DNA of 49,530 bases, taken from contig NKIB01013956.1 in NCBI GenBank assembly GCA_002256025.1, forward strand, positions 1 through 49,530, read 5' to 3'. Under the pieces are notes generated by a model. That model searched no databases and had not been told where the DNA came from. It was given only the letters and a program-made list of their open reading frames with translations. Positions 23,860 through 35,343 of this stretch are shown one piece after another (within the stretch, counting starts at the first letter, position 1; each line of letters opens with the position of its first letter). The position numbers were made by a program, and so were the translations under genes. Origin of the DNA: Asterionella formosa. Its lineage: Eukaryota.

Positions 23860-25526
23860 TTTTTGTCCCGAAGCATGGCAACATGGACGAACTTCTTCGA
23901 GGACGAAGAGTATGTGCAAAAAAAGCAGCCATTCCATTCTCAAAAAGTACCAGGGGTACTACCATGTACTGGTATATCGGTGTAAAAACTCGATCAATTT
24001 TTAGTACATCCAGAATGTAGCCTACTGGCATTGTACCATGTAGTGTAGGAGTACCAAGTATCAGGTAAATTTAATATAGTTACAGGCACAAATGTACTCA
24101 GTACTAAAATACCATGTTACTCGCAAACTACCGATATTTCTTGACAAAATGGTGTTGTTGTAAGTACATACCGATCAACATCAGACAGGATTCTACATAG
24201 AATTTCAATTTACTATGATACATGTAAAATAAATAAACATGTATAAGTGATCTAGCATCTTTATCAGTTCACACATTCCATGTTCGCTATGTAAGACTCA
24301 TTTAGTTACGTTCTGCCGATGTGAATACCGGATACCTTCATATATCGTGATCACATGGAACAAACCCGTTCTGATGGAAACGGGTCTGGGCATCCGTTCA
24401 CAATTGAGGTAGCGTCCGTTCACGATTTAGGAAGCGTCCGTTCACTCTCGCTTTGTCGTTTTGTTCCCGCAGTCAATTTTTGCTTTGATAACCGCATTTT
24501 GGTATGTCAGTACGTGCTGTTTACCGATATTACAGATGAAGAGGTCATCAACTTGACGAATGAACATTTGATGTGGTATTAGCGGCTACAGGAATATCTT
24601 GTAGGCTATGGTTACTTAGAGAATAATCATAAATCTTTTATGTACTTCCTCACTTTCTTCTATGGCTGGATGCAATTTTTGGGGTCACCGGGTAGACCCT
24701 GTAGGCCTAGGATTAGCATAAACCCTAAACCTATGGTATATAATATTTTGCGCCTGGATTGGCACGTCATTATAATCACATCCACCATGTTGTTATTATT
24801 CTGTTGATTTACTCAACAAATAGAACATCCTCCCATGCCGCTTCAAATAGGCTTCTTTCCTCCATGAGCAGCGCTACTATTAAACACTGGAAGCGGCACG
24901 GGACGACACATTTTGCTTTTTATATGAACTATTTTTTGTTGGGCATGGAGATCCACGCCTACATGACCAATGGTTTCACACTCTTGAGCTTGACAGTGGG
25001 CAAGCTGGAGCTGAAACTGTACAGGAATGTCTCAAATAAGATCATGTTGAAGTTGCAATGAAATGAAGATACAACAACAATTTCACACCCATTGCTGCGC
25101 AATGGACTTCGATTTCATGTTCATCATGAATGAATGCAACGATGACAACAACAAGATCGTGGATGCATGTGTACATAAACTTTATACATGTGTATGTTAT
25201 TTGTCTAGAACATTTTATTTAAGCTAAAATTATGTTGTACTGGTAGCCAGAATTATTTTGTACCGGTAGCTACGATGGCTACCCAATGTGGTTTCATGAT
25301 GCATCCAGCCATATATTTGCATACATATATGGCTGGGATCATGCACAGGGACCCGAGTTAGCCCTCGTTGCCACTAGTATTCAATTGTTTAGCTTATATT
25401 ATGCGATCCCCTTGTACATGTATATAGGTATATAGAACACAATGAATGAAGTTCATTGCTGCTGGGTGCATTCCTGAAAATACATTATAAAGCCGCCGTA
25501 GCTACCATTACAAGATAATCATAGTA

Positions 25527-28320
25527 CCAAGGGTTCATGCATTTGAAACCCTATGTTAGGTAAAAATTAAAATATTGCTTAGGGTTGCCGAAATTCCCTG
25601 GAACTGGGAATGTTTATGTGCTAATTATAGATAACAATGATTCTGTTTGAAATATTTAAACAATGGAAATTTGCATGTTTGTACATTGATTCCCTCTCGA
25701 TTTCGATAAATAAATTTATAAATGTATATATTCTACATCGCTTAATGTCCATGTGCTATGATCAGAAAATATTTGTTTGTAACTAGTGCTGGCTCAGCAA
25801 ATATCCATTCTTTGAAGGCAAAATGCATTCCAGTATTGGTATGTGTATGATCAATGATAATCAGCTATTGTCTTCGTTGCGCTCCATGGCCCACAAGAGG
25901 TGGGGCGGTGGAGGTTATTGGTTATTTGTCACTTCCTCATGTGGAAGTCTTGGTTAAAACAAATTCTGGTAGCTTGGTTCTTGCAGCTCTTCTCTTGGGC
26001 TGCACTCCTCATTTCATTTGGAGAATTGGTTATCTATGGTGGGTTGCGTGTATAATCGCCCTTTTTCCGCACTTCCTGTGGTTTTTGATCTTGTGTTTCG
26101 TGCAGCTTTGGTGGAAAATACGCCTGAAATGATTGTTGTCCACTGTTTCTGCTGCTCCCTTGTTGGAAGTGGAGAAAAATATATGTTGCTCTTTCTAAAA
26201 ATCTCATGTTTTTTGCTAAGCCTCGCCATCAATAACTCCTCTATCTTTGTTCCGAATAGTAGATGAACATCTCTCCTGGATGTTTCTCCTTTTCTGCTTT
26301 AGTGCTACTGATTTTTTTCATCATATTCCGATTAGGAAATCGTGTTGTTTTTCCCATGATGAAGCACCTCGTTTCTATCTTTGCTTCCATGCTCCAATGA
26401 TATCCAAAATTGATGTATTGCCGCTGTAGCCCAACTGTTGCGCAACGCTTCTGTTGGTTGCCGATCTTCCTCTGAATGGTAAACCGCACTTTCCATCCCT
26501 TGCCAAGATACCCCCTCAGCGTTACAATTAGGCCCAGTTGGTTTTGTTTTTCTATTGCCTTTAAAATCCTTCCTTTCATTGTTTCCATAGTTCCCGGGTA
26601 GAAGCTGATTTTAAATTTCTCCTTCCATGTTTTTCCCCAAAGTAGATATTGTAGTTTCTTAGCTTTATACTCTTGTCTCATCCACTGATTATTGATAATA
26701 AGACTTGGCTGCATTGTAGGAACATGGCTAGAGCTATTTCTTGGCCCTCCTTTCTTGGCAACCGAAGGACGTCTTTCAAGAAAATTCGATGCCATTACGT
26801 CGGCCATAATTTTCATTTCTGCCTCCACTGTCAATTTCTTGGCTGTTTTGTCTGCATCCTGATGAGCCTTTATCCAATTCAGTCTAACTGTTACTGGTAT
26901 GGTTTTGATTATCCTCGAAATTAGAGATACAATGATGCATGGCTGTCTGCATTGGCTGGTGGTGGTCTCCCAGTATGTTAACTCCACAATACAAATCTGA
27001 TTCTGGACAGGGCAGCTGCACTGCTGTCAGTCCACATCTGTACCTCTGACGTCGTGTATATCTCAAAATAATTTATAAATGCCTGTAAAAATTTTAGAAC
27101 CGAGGCTAGTCCAAATAGTTCCGCCCTGGTTGAGCTGTGTTGAGAAGAATCGCCATCAACCGGTCCTGTGCATGCCGCTGTTTGAGTGGAAATGGAATTT
27201 CGAGCGCTTTGAGTAGTATGCAGGATCCACGCAAAGGAGCATCTAGAGTCCGATTCCATGGACCCATCTTAATTTTAGTCCTAGCTATAAATGGCGTCGT
27301 AGCCTTGTTTCTGACGCTGGGCTCATGACTACATCCTTAACCAATCTTTGTTCTTGTTGTGGAAGTGATTGAATTGTATTACTCCATGCACGAACTCCTG
27401 GTCTTTGCATTTGCTTCCATGGATTAAAATCAAGTGCGCGATATGCAACACTCCCATTGTCATTTATGTCACATGGTAAACTATTCTTCGGTAAGCTGAA
27501 CCCCCTGTTGCCCCTCTATGTTTGATCAAATTACATGTGCTTAGATGAAATAGTCTGTGTTTGCTCAAACCTCTTTCTGCTAAAATTTGCATGATCATTG
27601 AGTCTCGATAACATTGAAGACCTGGACTCCAGGAATTGCTGATTTCAATCTGAAAGTTATGTTTCCCCAAAACCTTGCTCATGTTTGTGAGCCAGCCATG
27701 TCTCTGGTGGCCACCTTTATGAAAATAATTATGTCTGTAACAAATTGTCCCCTTGGGTTTGGACTTTTCATCCCTTGTTTCCCTTGTTTTGACATTAACG
27801 CATGTTGTTGGTGATATGTCGTTCCATCCCCATGTTGAGGCATTGATACTTGAGACACTCGATCTGTATGCTGTGATGATTGTAATTGTAACTGAGTTTT
27901 TGCCTTTTAGAGTCATAAAGCTCCAGCATCCCATTCCTGAAGGATCTTCTCCCGAGTCCTGTTCCGCTCTGCCACACCATTTCCTGTGATCGTCCCCATT
28001 GTTGCCATGTCTCCTGGTATAGTTTGAGCTTGAGGGCAGCGCACTTGTCGAAAATTCGCATTTTGCAGTTTGAAGACGAGCACTTATTGTTCTCTCTTTA
28101 AATTCCTCCTTTGTGCCAGGGTTCAACCAATTAGTGTTTGTTTCAATCCTTCCAAACAGGATAACTTGGGAGGCTTTCATTGTGATAATATGTCAAATCT
28201 GTAGATGTCCTGTGAAGGTGTAGACCTTGTATATTCTGAAAATATACTCTTAGTCTGAATCAATACTATTTTTAATTTTTAACCTTAGCTCGAGCTAAGG
28301 GTTCCAATGCAGGAACCTTA
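25527..28320. mobile_element. TIR element of the GGTTCC..ATTTGAAAC family enclosing a non-LTR retrotransposon remnant
   Basis: Left end CAAGGGTTCATGCATTTGAAACCCTA..TAGGTAAAAATTAAAATATTG; reverse complement of 28252-28320 reads TAAGGTTCCTGCATTGGAACCCTTA..TAAGGTTAAAAATTAAAAATAGTATTG. 25530-25690 also matches 30887-31045 directly. Confidence 0.6.
25860..28252 (-). mobile_element. Degenerate non-LTR (LINE-like) retrotransposon: APE endonuclease, RNase H and C-terminus; RT apparently deleted
   Basis: LRVYFQNIQG, ETNTNW and DPSGMGCWSFMTLKGK..ITIITAYR (APE-like); FAWIL..GPVDG..SSTRAELFG..WTDS..LNWIKAHQD..MADVMA (RNase H); QNQLG..TLRGYLGKGW. Multiple stops and frameshifts. Confidence 0.85.
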
Positions 28321-28379
28321 AGTAAAGTTTTTTGCATAAATAATGTTCATTTGAATCAATTTTATGCAGCCATAGGATT

Positions 28380-29760
28380 AAAATATTGTTCCACAAAGCA
28401 TCCCGGGCGTCCACCAGCCAATGCAGATATAGTGTCATCTATCGCTGATCTCATCAGGGAACTACCCGTCCAAACGACAATCAAGTGGATCAAAGCTACA
28501 GCATCATTCCTGAAGAATCGCAAAACAGAAGAGGACGGCATGCAAGTCTGATCAACAATGACAAGAGTTCACAGCAGAGCAAGTTATTTACTAAGAACTA
28601 CCATACAAAGAAACATGTATGATACCGACTTTCACAACAAACACAGACTATCAACACAAAACATGAAGAGTATCGATTGGGACAACCTCAAAAGCGCATA
28701 CCTCAAACAAGAGCCTTCACTGCAAAATTCATTCATGGATGGCTTCCATCATGTGGAACGAGAAGGAAGATGATTGAACAGGGCAAGGATCACGAGTGCC
28801 TGTACTGGCCGCGGCAATCCAGAACAAACCGAAAATATCATGCTACTATGCCAGAACACAAAGGCAGTCTACCACCAGGGAGGTCGGGTCACAGCCATGA
28901 CGACACAACTGCATCAAAATCAGGGGGGACAGGCAAAAACAACAATCTGGATGGGAATACTGAAGCACATCATGCAGGCAAAGCAGGGACAGTACATACC
29001 AAAATTCCCTCCAAACACGCTGGACTTTACAAAAACGATGTTTCGTGAGACTGTGGAACACCAACTGGAACTGGGCGCCAAACTCACTCTCCGGGGATAT
29101 CTGAGCAGGAAATGGATAATTGCATTAAGCACCTCCACAGGACAAAACCTTACAACAGAACAACATGGACACAAATGGGCCAGAACGGCAATATCGCAAC
29201 TCTGGAAAGTCACTGCCCTAAGCGCCGCCAGGACAGCGAGGAAAGAGGAACTTCACAGAGAAAAACACGCAGACATCAGCCAATCGGCACAAAATGAAAG
29301 GATCAGGAGAATATACATGCTTGAAGGTGAAATATGCACCCAAGATAAACACTTTTTTGGTACAGAGCTAGAAATCCTGCTGAAATCGAGAATGAGCAAA
29401 AAAGCAGGTTCTTGGAAAGATCAGACTTCCTAGTGGCTGCATCGAGAACTTTCGCAGCAACAGGCCAAACAACACTAAGAACATATTTCCTCTCAACAAC
29501 ACCTCCGGGGACAAACAACCACGGAACGCGCCAGCAGCACACAGAAGAAGAGCCCAGAACACAACCAAGTGAAAATATCCAGGTGAAAGACCCGCCGAGC
29601 ATCCACTTGGCGGCATCTCTAAACCAGGAACAGACCATAGAAGACCCCAAATTTGTTTTACAAGACTCCTATACGAGGGAGCGAGTAACCACCAAAACTC
29701 ACCATCCAGCCACCGCCCCAAACTGACTGGGCCATGGAGCGCAATGAATACAATTCTGTA
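28380..29760 (+). mobile_element. 3' remnant of a related non-LTR retrotransposon
   Basis: RNase H tail LPVQTTIKWIKA, SIDWDNLKSAY, AKFIHGWLP, a Cys-rich knuckle region, HQLELG..TLRGYLSRKW. 3' motif shared with the minus-strand copy. Confidence 0.8.
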
Positions 29761-30886
29761 GCTAGGCTAGTAGTACTAATGCGCTATAGAAATTATTGAA
29801 TTATGAATAAGATATTGTTCCATCTGATCTCGTTGTTGCTGTGTTTGATTTCATTCATTATGAACTTGATTTCGAACTCCATAACACAGCAACAATGGGT
29901 GCAAAATCATTGTAGCAGCTTCTTTCTAACTGCTATAGGACCGCATTCGAGGCAGTCACAACAACAACAACAACAACATCATCAAAATATGGATCATTTG
30001 GAAACTGTCTCCCCCCGCACATGCATCACACCTAATGCCAACAAGAGCCTTTACAGCTTTAAGTAATCATCATATTTCGACTTTGACTATTTGTACAGTA
30101 ATTCTTGAGTGAATATTAATCAGTTGTGCAGCAATAGTACATTCATTATAAGTGACATTGTCATTTAGATACAATAGCTAAACATGAATGCGCGTGATTC
30201 ACCTAGCTATGTTATGATAAAACCTCGACAGAGCTTTTCCGTTTCATTGCATCGTGAATAAAGTTTATGACACTCAAGCCATCAGCTTATTGCTTCTTGG
30301 TAAGGCATGCGGGTAGCTATGATGCAAAACCTTTGAAAAACCCAAAGCATCATCAAAGTGAGGAACCATATCGGTAGTATTGTTATGTTATATTTCCAGT
30401 AGATTCCATAGCCTAAATTTCTCTCCCCAGTTTCAAGAAAGTGCTCCTAGCCAAATGACTTTTTAAGTACAGTAGCTGCCATTGAACTCAATAGCTGTAT
30501 CATTTTCAATATTGCTTCTTGAATCAAGTCATTGAACATTTACTTTCCTTCTGATAATGGAGATAATTTAACAACCCATACTCTTGAAAATTGAAGCTGA
30601 TTTCTTGCATCACCGTGGTCGCTTCAATTTATGGAGAAGAGATCATTCAGCTTATAAGCTATTCACATTTTGAATAGGAACAAAAGGTGTTTGGAGCTTG
30701 AATCCAGCATTATTTAGATCGTTAGCTTAGGATAGTGCACCTAATAATATCGTCGGTTGAGGAAGAGAAAATCATAACAAGAGTCCAAAAATCCATGGAT
30801 AAATTTTACGAGTGAATATTGCTATCAGAGTTACTGGAAGAAGGAGGGGGTTATCTACTACTACACTGTAACCTGAGTGTAATTAT

Positions 30887-31581
30887 GGTTCCTGCATTTG
30901 AAACACTAGGCAAAAATTAAGATATTGCTCAGGGGGTTTGCTGCCGAATTTCTTGGGAATTGGGAACTTGTAAGAGTTAACCTTGAATAACAATGATCCT
31001 GTTTGAATTATTTGAATTATTTGAAATTTCCAGGTACGTAATATTCAGTAGTTTTTATGACCAAAAACTCCTTCACAAGGAGACTCCATTCTGATGAGGT
31101 CGTTTTGGTAAATAATGATTCTGATTCCGATATTTTGGTGATGGTTGGAAATGCCGATTTTGTTGATTTTTCGGATGACGATTGCTCAACATTGGAGGAG
31201 TTCAAAGGAGAGGAATTGAATACATAGGCAAGCTTCAAGTAGCATCAGGATATAGCTTCTAGTATGAGGAAGCACAGAAAAAAACTTTGGGGTTCTCAAC
31301 TATGCCAAATAATCCGATTTCCCCCGTTCCTTTTTGCAATTTTTCGCCAGATCCTATATCCTGACATTATATAGAGTTGACCTATATCCATCATCTGACT
31401 GATGATGGTATCTAAGTGTATGGAAAGGAAGTCAAATGGTGAAAGCTCCTCTGTGTACTAGAGTTCTGGCAGAGTTATTCATTGTGCTTTGCTTTACCTG
31501 CGAATAGAGCTTGTTTGATTACTTTGAATCAATATCATTTTTCATTCCTAGCTCGAGATAGGGTTTTAAATTCCGGAACCT
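30887..31581. mobile_element. ~700-bp non-autonomous TIR element (same family as 25527-28320 and 34362-34435)
   Basis: Left GGTTCCTGCATTTGAAACACTAGG..GATATTG; reverse complement of the right end GGTTCCGGAATTTAAAACCCTATCTCGAGCTAGG..GATATTG. Confidence 0.65.
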
Positions 31582-31998
31582 CAACTCTATTACCTGTAAT
31601 AAACCTTCATATAGCTACCACAGTGAATATGATGACAGGGCGGTATATTACATATTACCGGTATATCATTGGTCATACCTGGTAACCAGTTACCAGGTAC
31701 TCCCTCTCTCCAGTACCAGTTGCATCGATTCGCCGGCACCACCAGTGTCTTTACTGTTCGCATTTGAAGGACTACGTAGCCAACATACCATCTTTCTACG
31801 TGAGGGTCGGCTTACTCGAAAAAATGCGTTTTTTATGAATTACATAGATGTGAACATATACTCTGATTTTGTAATTAAAGACTTAGCATCTAAATAAGTT
31901 AATCGAAACCAATTTTACATTTATGCATTGGGTACATGTATATAGATATCAAGCAATGCTAATGCGTTGATTTTGCATCATCATTTTTGTCAAAATGG

Positions 31999-32419
31999 AT
32001 GTTGACATCGCCGATGCATGCGCCCATTCCTGATGGTCAGATCCTTGGCTTGATGGCCAGAAACAATGGTCGCAGTTGCGCCCATCATCACTGTTGCGGA
32101 TCAACAGTAAAGGGTGGCTCTGTGGTTTTCTTCTCTTTCTGTATTGGCTGTGTTGGACGAGATCCTCCAAGAACTCGAGGACGCTATCAAGGTGACCATG
32201 GACTGTGATCTCGTCCATCCAGAAGGTCAAAGGTGCAGAGTTGGGTATCTTGCAAGCAGGATTGCGCATAACAAAGTCGAGGCAGCGCAGTATGTTAATA
32301 GTACTGCTGTAGTTATTGAACTACTACAAGATTCTAAGGAGCAAACAAAACGAAGAATGAATATGCGAAGTTATGGAGTTGCTCTTGTTACATTTCTTGA
32401 CATTAGGGTCAAAAATTGA
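31999..32419 (+). pseudogene. Frameshifted (or possibly spliced) small Cys/His-motif ORF, probably TE-associated
   Basis: GLMARNNGRSCAHHHCCGSTV in one frame continues as EDAIKV..GQRCRVGYLASR in the +1 frame. Resemblance to uncharacterised diatom proteins is from memory only. Confidence 0.4.
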
Positions 32420-32679
32420 AGGATCTGTTAAGGAGGAAATTCATAATCCTACTGCTGTGTATTTAAAATAAAATACAACTATAGTAGTAGTTAACCAACT
32501 TGTCAAGGAAACTATAAGTTCAATACATATAGAACCATTAACAACCAGTGCTAGTATGCATATATATATATATATATAAGGGGGAAAGTCTTTTGATCCA
32601 ATGCAGCCGTGCAAAATGGCGCCGGAGACGAAATCCCCCTTATGATTACACCCTACTGTTAAAAAAGATCATCCAGAAA

Positions 32680-34059
32680 TGTGCGGGCCAACTCAGTTGC
32701 TCCTTCCCCAGCTGCTAACCTAGCTATCAGGTAAAATTACCGCCCGTTCCAGAGCCGCCTTCCCAATGTGAGGTAAATTATAATTGTTGTCGCCATTAAC
32801 CAAAATAATCTCTTCCAAGCAACCCTGTAATGTTCAGAAAGAACAATTTGATTTGGTTGGTTAAAAAACGAATGCTGCCTGCACTGCTTCTACTAACAAA
32901 CCGTCGATGTCATTGTGGGCTTCTTCCACGGAGTCCCACCATTGACCTGACTGTAATGCCCTAAAAAAGATAGATCTTTGATATTCAAATCCGGACTGCT
33001 TGCTGGTTGCTTAGTCAATCGAATATCCCATTCTTCATCTATTGCAGCTGCTACAAAGAGAGCAAAATCAGAACCAAAATGTGTTGAAGCATTTTCATGC
33101 TGTAGAAATATTTGTTTGTTTCCATCAGGCCACTTCGCTTTTATCATAGGTAAAACATTATCAACAATCGTGTCAGCACATGACTGTTTTGTCACTGGGA
33201 GTGACTTTGTTTCCATTGTCCCTACTGCCAGTCGATATATTGAACTTCTTTGCGCTGCTACTTGGTGCACAAATGGCCAAATTCCAATTTTACCATCAAA
33301 CATACACACTTTTTCGTCATCAAAATGCGGACGTGTCACAGCAGAAAGGAACATGACCTTTTCGATATGCTCCTTATGTTTCGTCCGCCTTGTGGGAGCC
33401 TATTCTCCATGGGCCAGATATATATTCGACTTTCCTTCTGAAACAAAGAACCAATTTTCATCTATATGAACCTGGTCGTAGAAGCCATCATAATACCCAA
33501 ACAGTCCCGGATCAAAATCAATGTCAGGGGAAGTCACAATACATAATACGACTTATCTTACCCTCCTCCGAAAGCATCGGCTTGACTGCACTTGTGTGCG
33601 GTTGTATTAAATTCTCTCTGTTATCCTTTGCAATCCAAAAAGCTGTTGACTTGTGAAGGGCAAGAGCAGCTGCTAATTTATGTTACATAGTATGCTTGCG
33701 ATATGGAATACCTCTAATTGCTGCAATTATTTCTTCACGTGGGTATTTGCGAGTATACCCAGTCAATAATTTGCGGGAAATTGATGCAAACACCTAAGTA
33801 TCATCATTATAATAGGATTTGAGCGTGCAGTTCCAAATACATTGTATAGTTGTTTTATCAACTTTGAACCAGACTGCCAAAATTTTAATGGTTCCACACA
33901 CTAAATTCAGCCGACCATCTATTTCATCCCCTCCATCAGGTCCTTTTTGGAGGTTCCATAAACCATAATCCAATACGAGTTGATGCTCTTCTGGTGTTAG
34001 ATCCTTTCTCATGTGCTTGTTGAGAAGAGGTGGTGGCAAGAAAAAGGGGGGTCAGGCAT
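32680..34059 (-). mobile_element. Decayed Tc1/mariner transposase of the plant-type DD39D clade
   Basis: VHIDENWF, KVMFLSAVTRP, FDGKIGIWPF, GTMETK, LQHENASTH, QPASSPDLNIKDLSF, GDNNYNLPH. 39 residues separate the second (D changed to E) and third acidic residues; stops and frameshifts present. Confidence 0.9.
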
Positions 34060-34361
34060 CTGCATTTCACTCGCAATGAGCAAAAGTGGAAGTTGAAAAA
34101 GCCGAAAAACGTTTTTTTCAAATGTAGTTACCAATTTAATCTTTCTATATACTATATATGCATGGATCCATAGCTTAGAGCAAGGTGCACCATAGGGCTA
34201 TTGAGCCGGAGAAAATCTTAGGAGTCAAAATGGCCCCGAATAAATTTGAATTATTGATGCAACTGTTATTGGACAGAAGGAGTACAAGGTACCGTAGTCT
34301 CCCGCAAAACTTGATGTCTCGTTTCCCCACATATACCTGTACCACCCCCCTTTGTACATTT

Positions 34362-34435
34362 TGTGTTTGATTACTTTGAATCAATATTATTTTTCAACCC
34401 TAGCTCGAGATAGGGTTTCAAATTCAGGAACCTTG
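34362..34435. mobile_element. Orphan TIR copy upstream of the mariner ORF, followed by TA
   Basis: TGTTTGATTACTTTGAATCAATATTATTTTTCAACCCTAGCTCGAGATAGGGTTTCAAATTCAGGAACCT is nearly identical to 31512-31581. Confidence 0.7.
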
Positions 34436-34710
34436 TATAACGGCACCTGGTACATACCTCTGATACCAGTAGTCCCTCATGAAGATGCCATCACGCACGA
34501 ACCTCGGTTGCAGCAGTGGACCAAAAATAGACATTCTTTTGATCAGCCATAGAAACTGTTTGAACCTACAACAATATATATCTTTTAGTGTATTGAGAAA
34601 AACTGTGGTTCTTGGATGATCAAAAAAGGCCAATGTCTTGTACTCGCCCTCCTGAGAAGAAAAATCAATCGTGCCTGTGTACATTGAGTGGAAAAGAAGC
34701 GAGGTTTTAT

Positions 34711-34760
34711 GGTACCTGGTGAACGTACCAGGTACCGGTGGTATGGAAGCGGTATACCGG
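34711..34760. promoter_or_regulatory. GGTACC-rich cluster upstream of TPR paralog B
   Basis: GGTACCTGGT..GTACCAGGTACCGGT..TACCGG. Function inferred. Confidence 0.45.
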
Positions 34761-35343
34761 TATGACAAACTCTACCTATACTATTTATTATTTAGCTTTC
34801 CGTACTAATAAGTATTGCTTGAGCATAGAAAAGTAGAATACCGGTAGAGTGGGAGAACCACGTACCGCTGCTGGTACTGGGTGCCCATCCGACATCGATC
34901 ATACACATGAAAAGAAAAATATTTATATGAATGGTCGTCAACCGCCAGCCGATGATTTATGTAGTCATACATGTATATAAGTAAAAGATAAGATTTTGAT
35001 TCAATTCTTTTTGCCCCAAACAAATGTCCTGTTATGGTGAAACCCTGGTGCTTATGAAACACCCTGGTATAACATTGGTGTGGGAAAGATAAATTTGGTT
35101 TCATCGCGATACTATTTGTTTGTGTCCACGATGAGTTTCAGAACCGGTTTTGTCCCAACAATGGTTGTTGGTCATGCTATCAGTCACGATCATCACAGTG
35201 AAATCCCGTTTCCAAATGAAATTATAGCTGCATGAGCTCAAAAATCGTGGTAGGCTCCCGGGGCCGGTCTAGCATCACAGGCAACAACAACAAAGACAAG
35301 GCAGTGTGCAGCTCCAAGATTAAGCGTTGAAACAGAAGAAATC

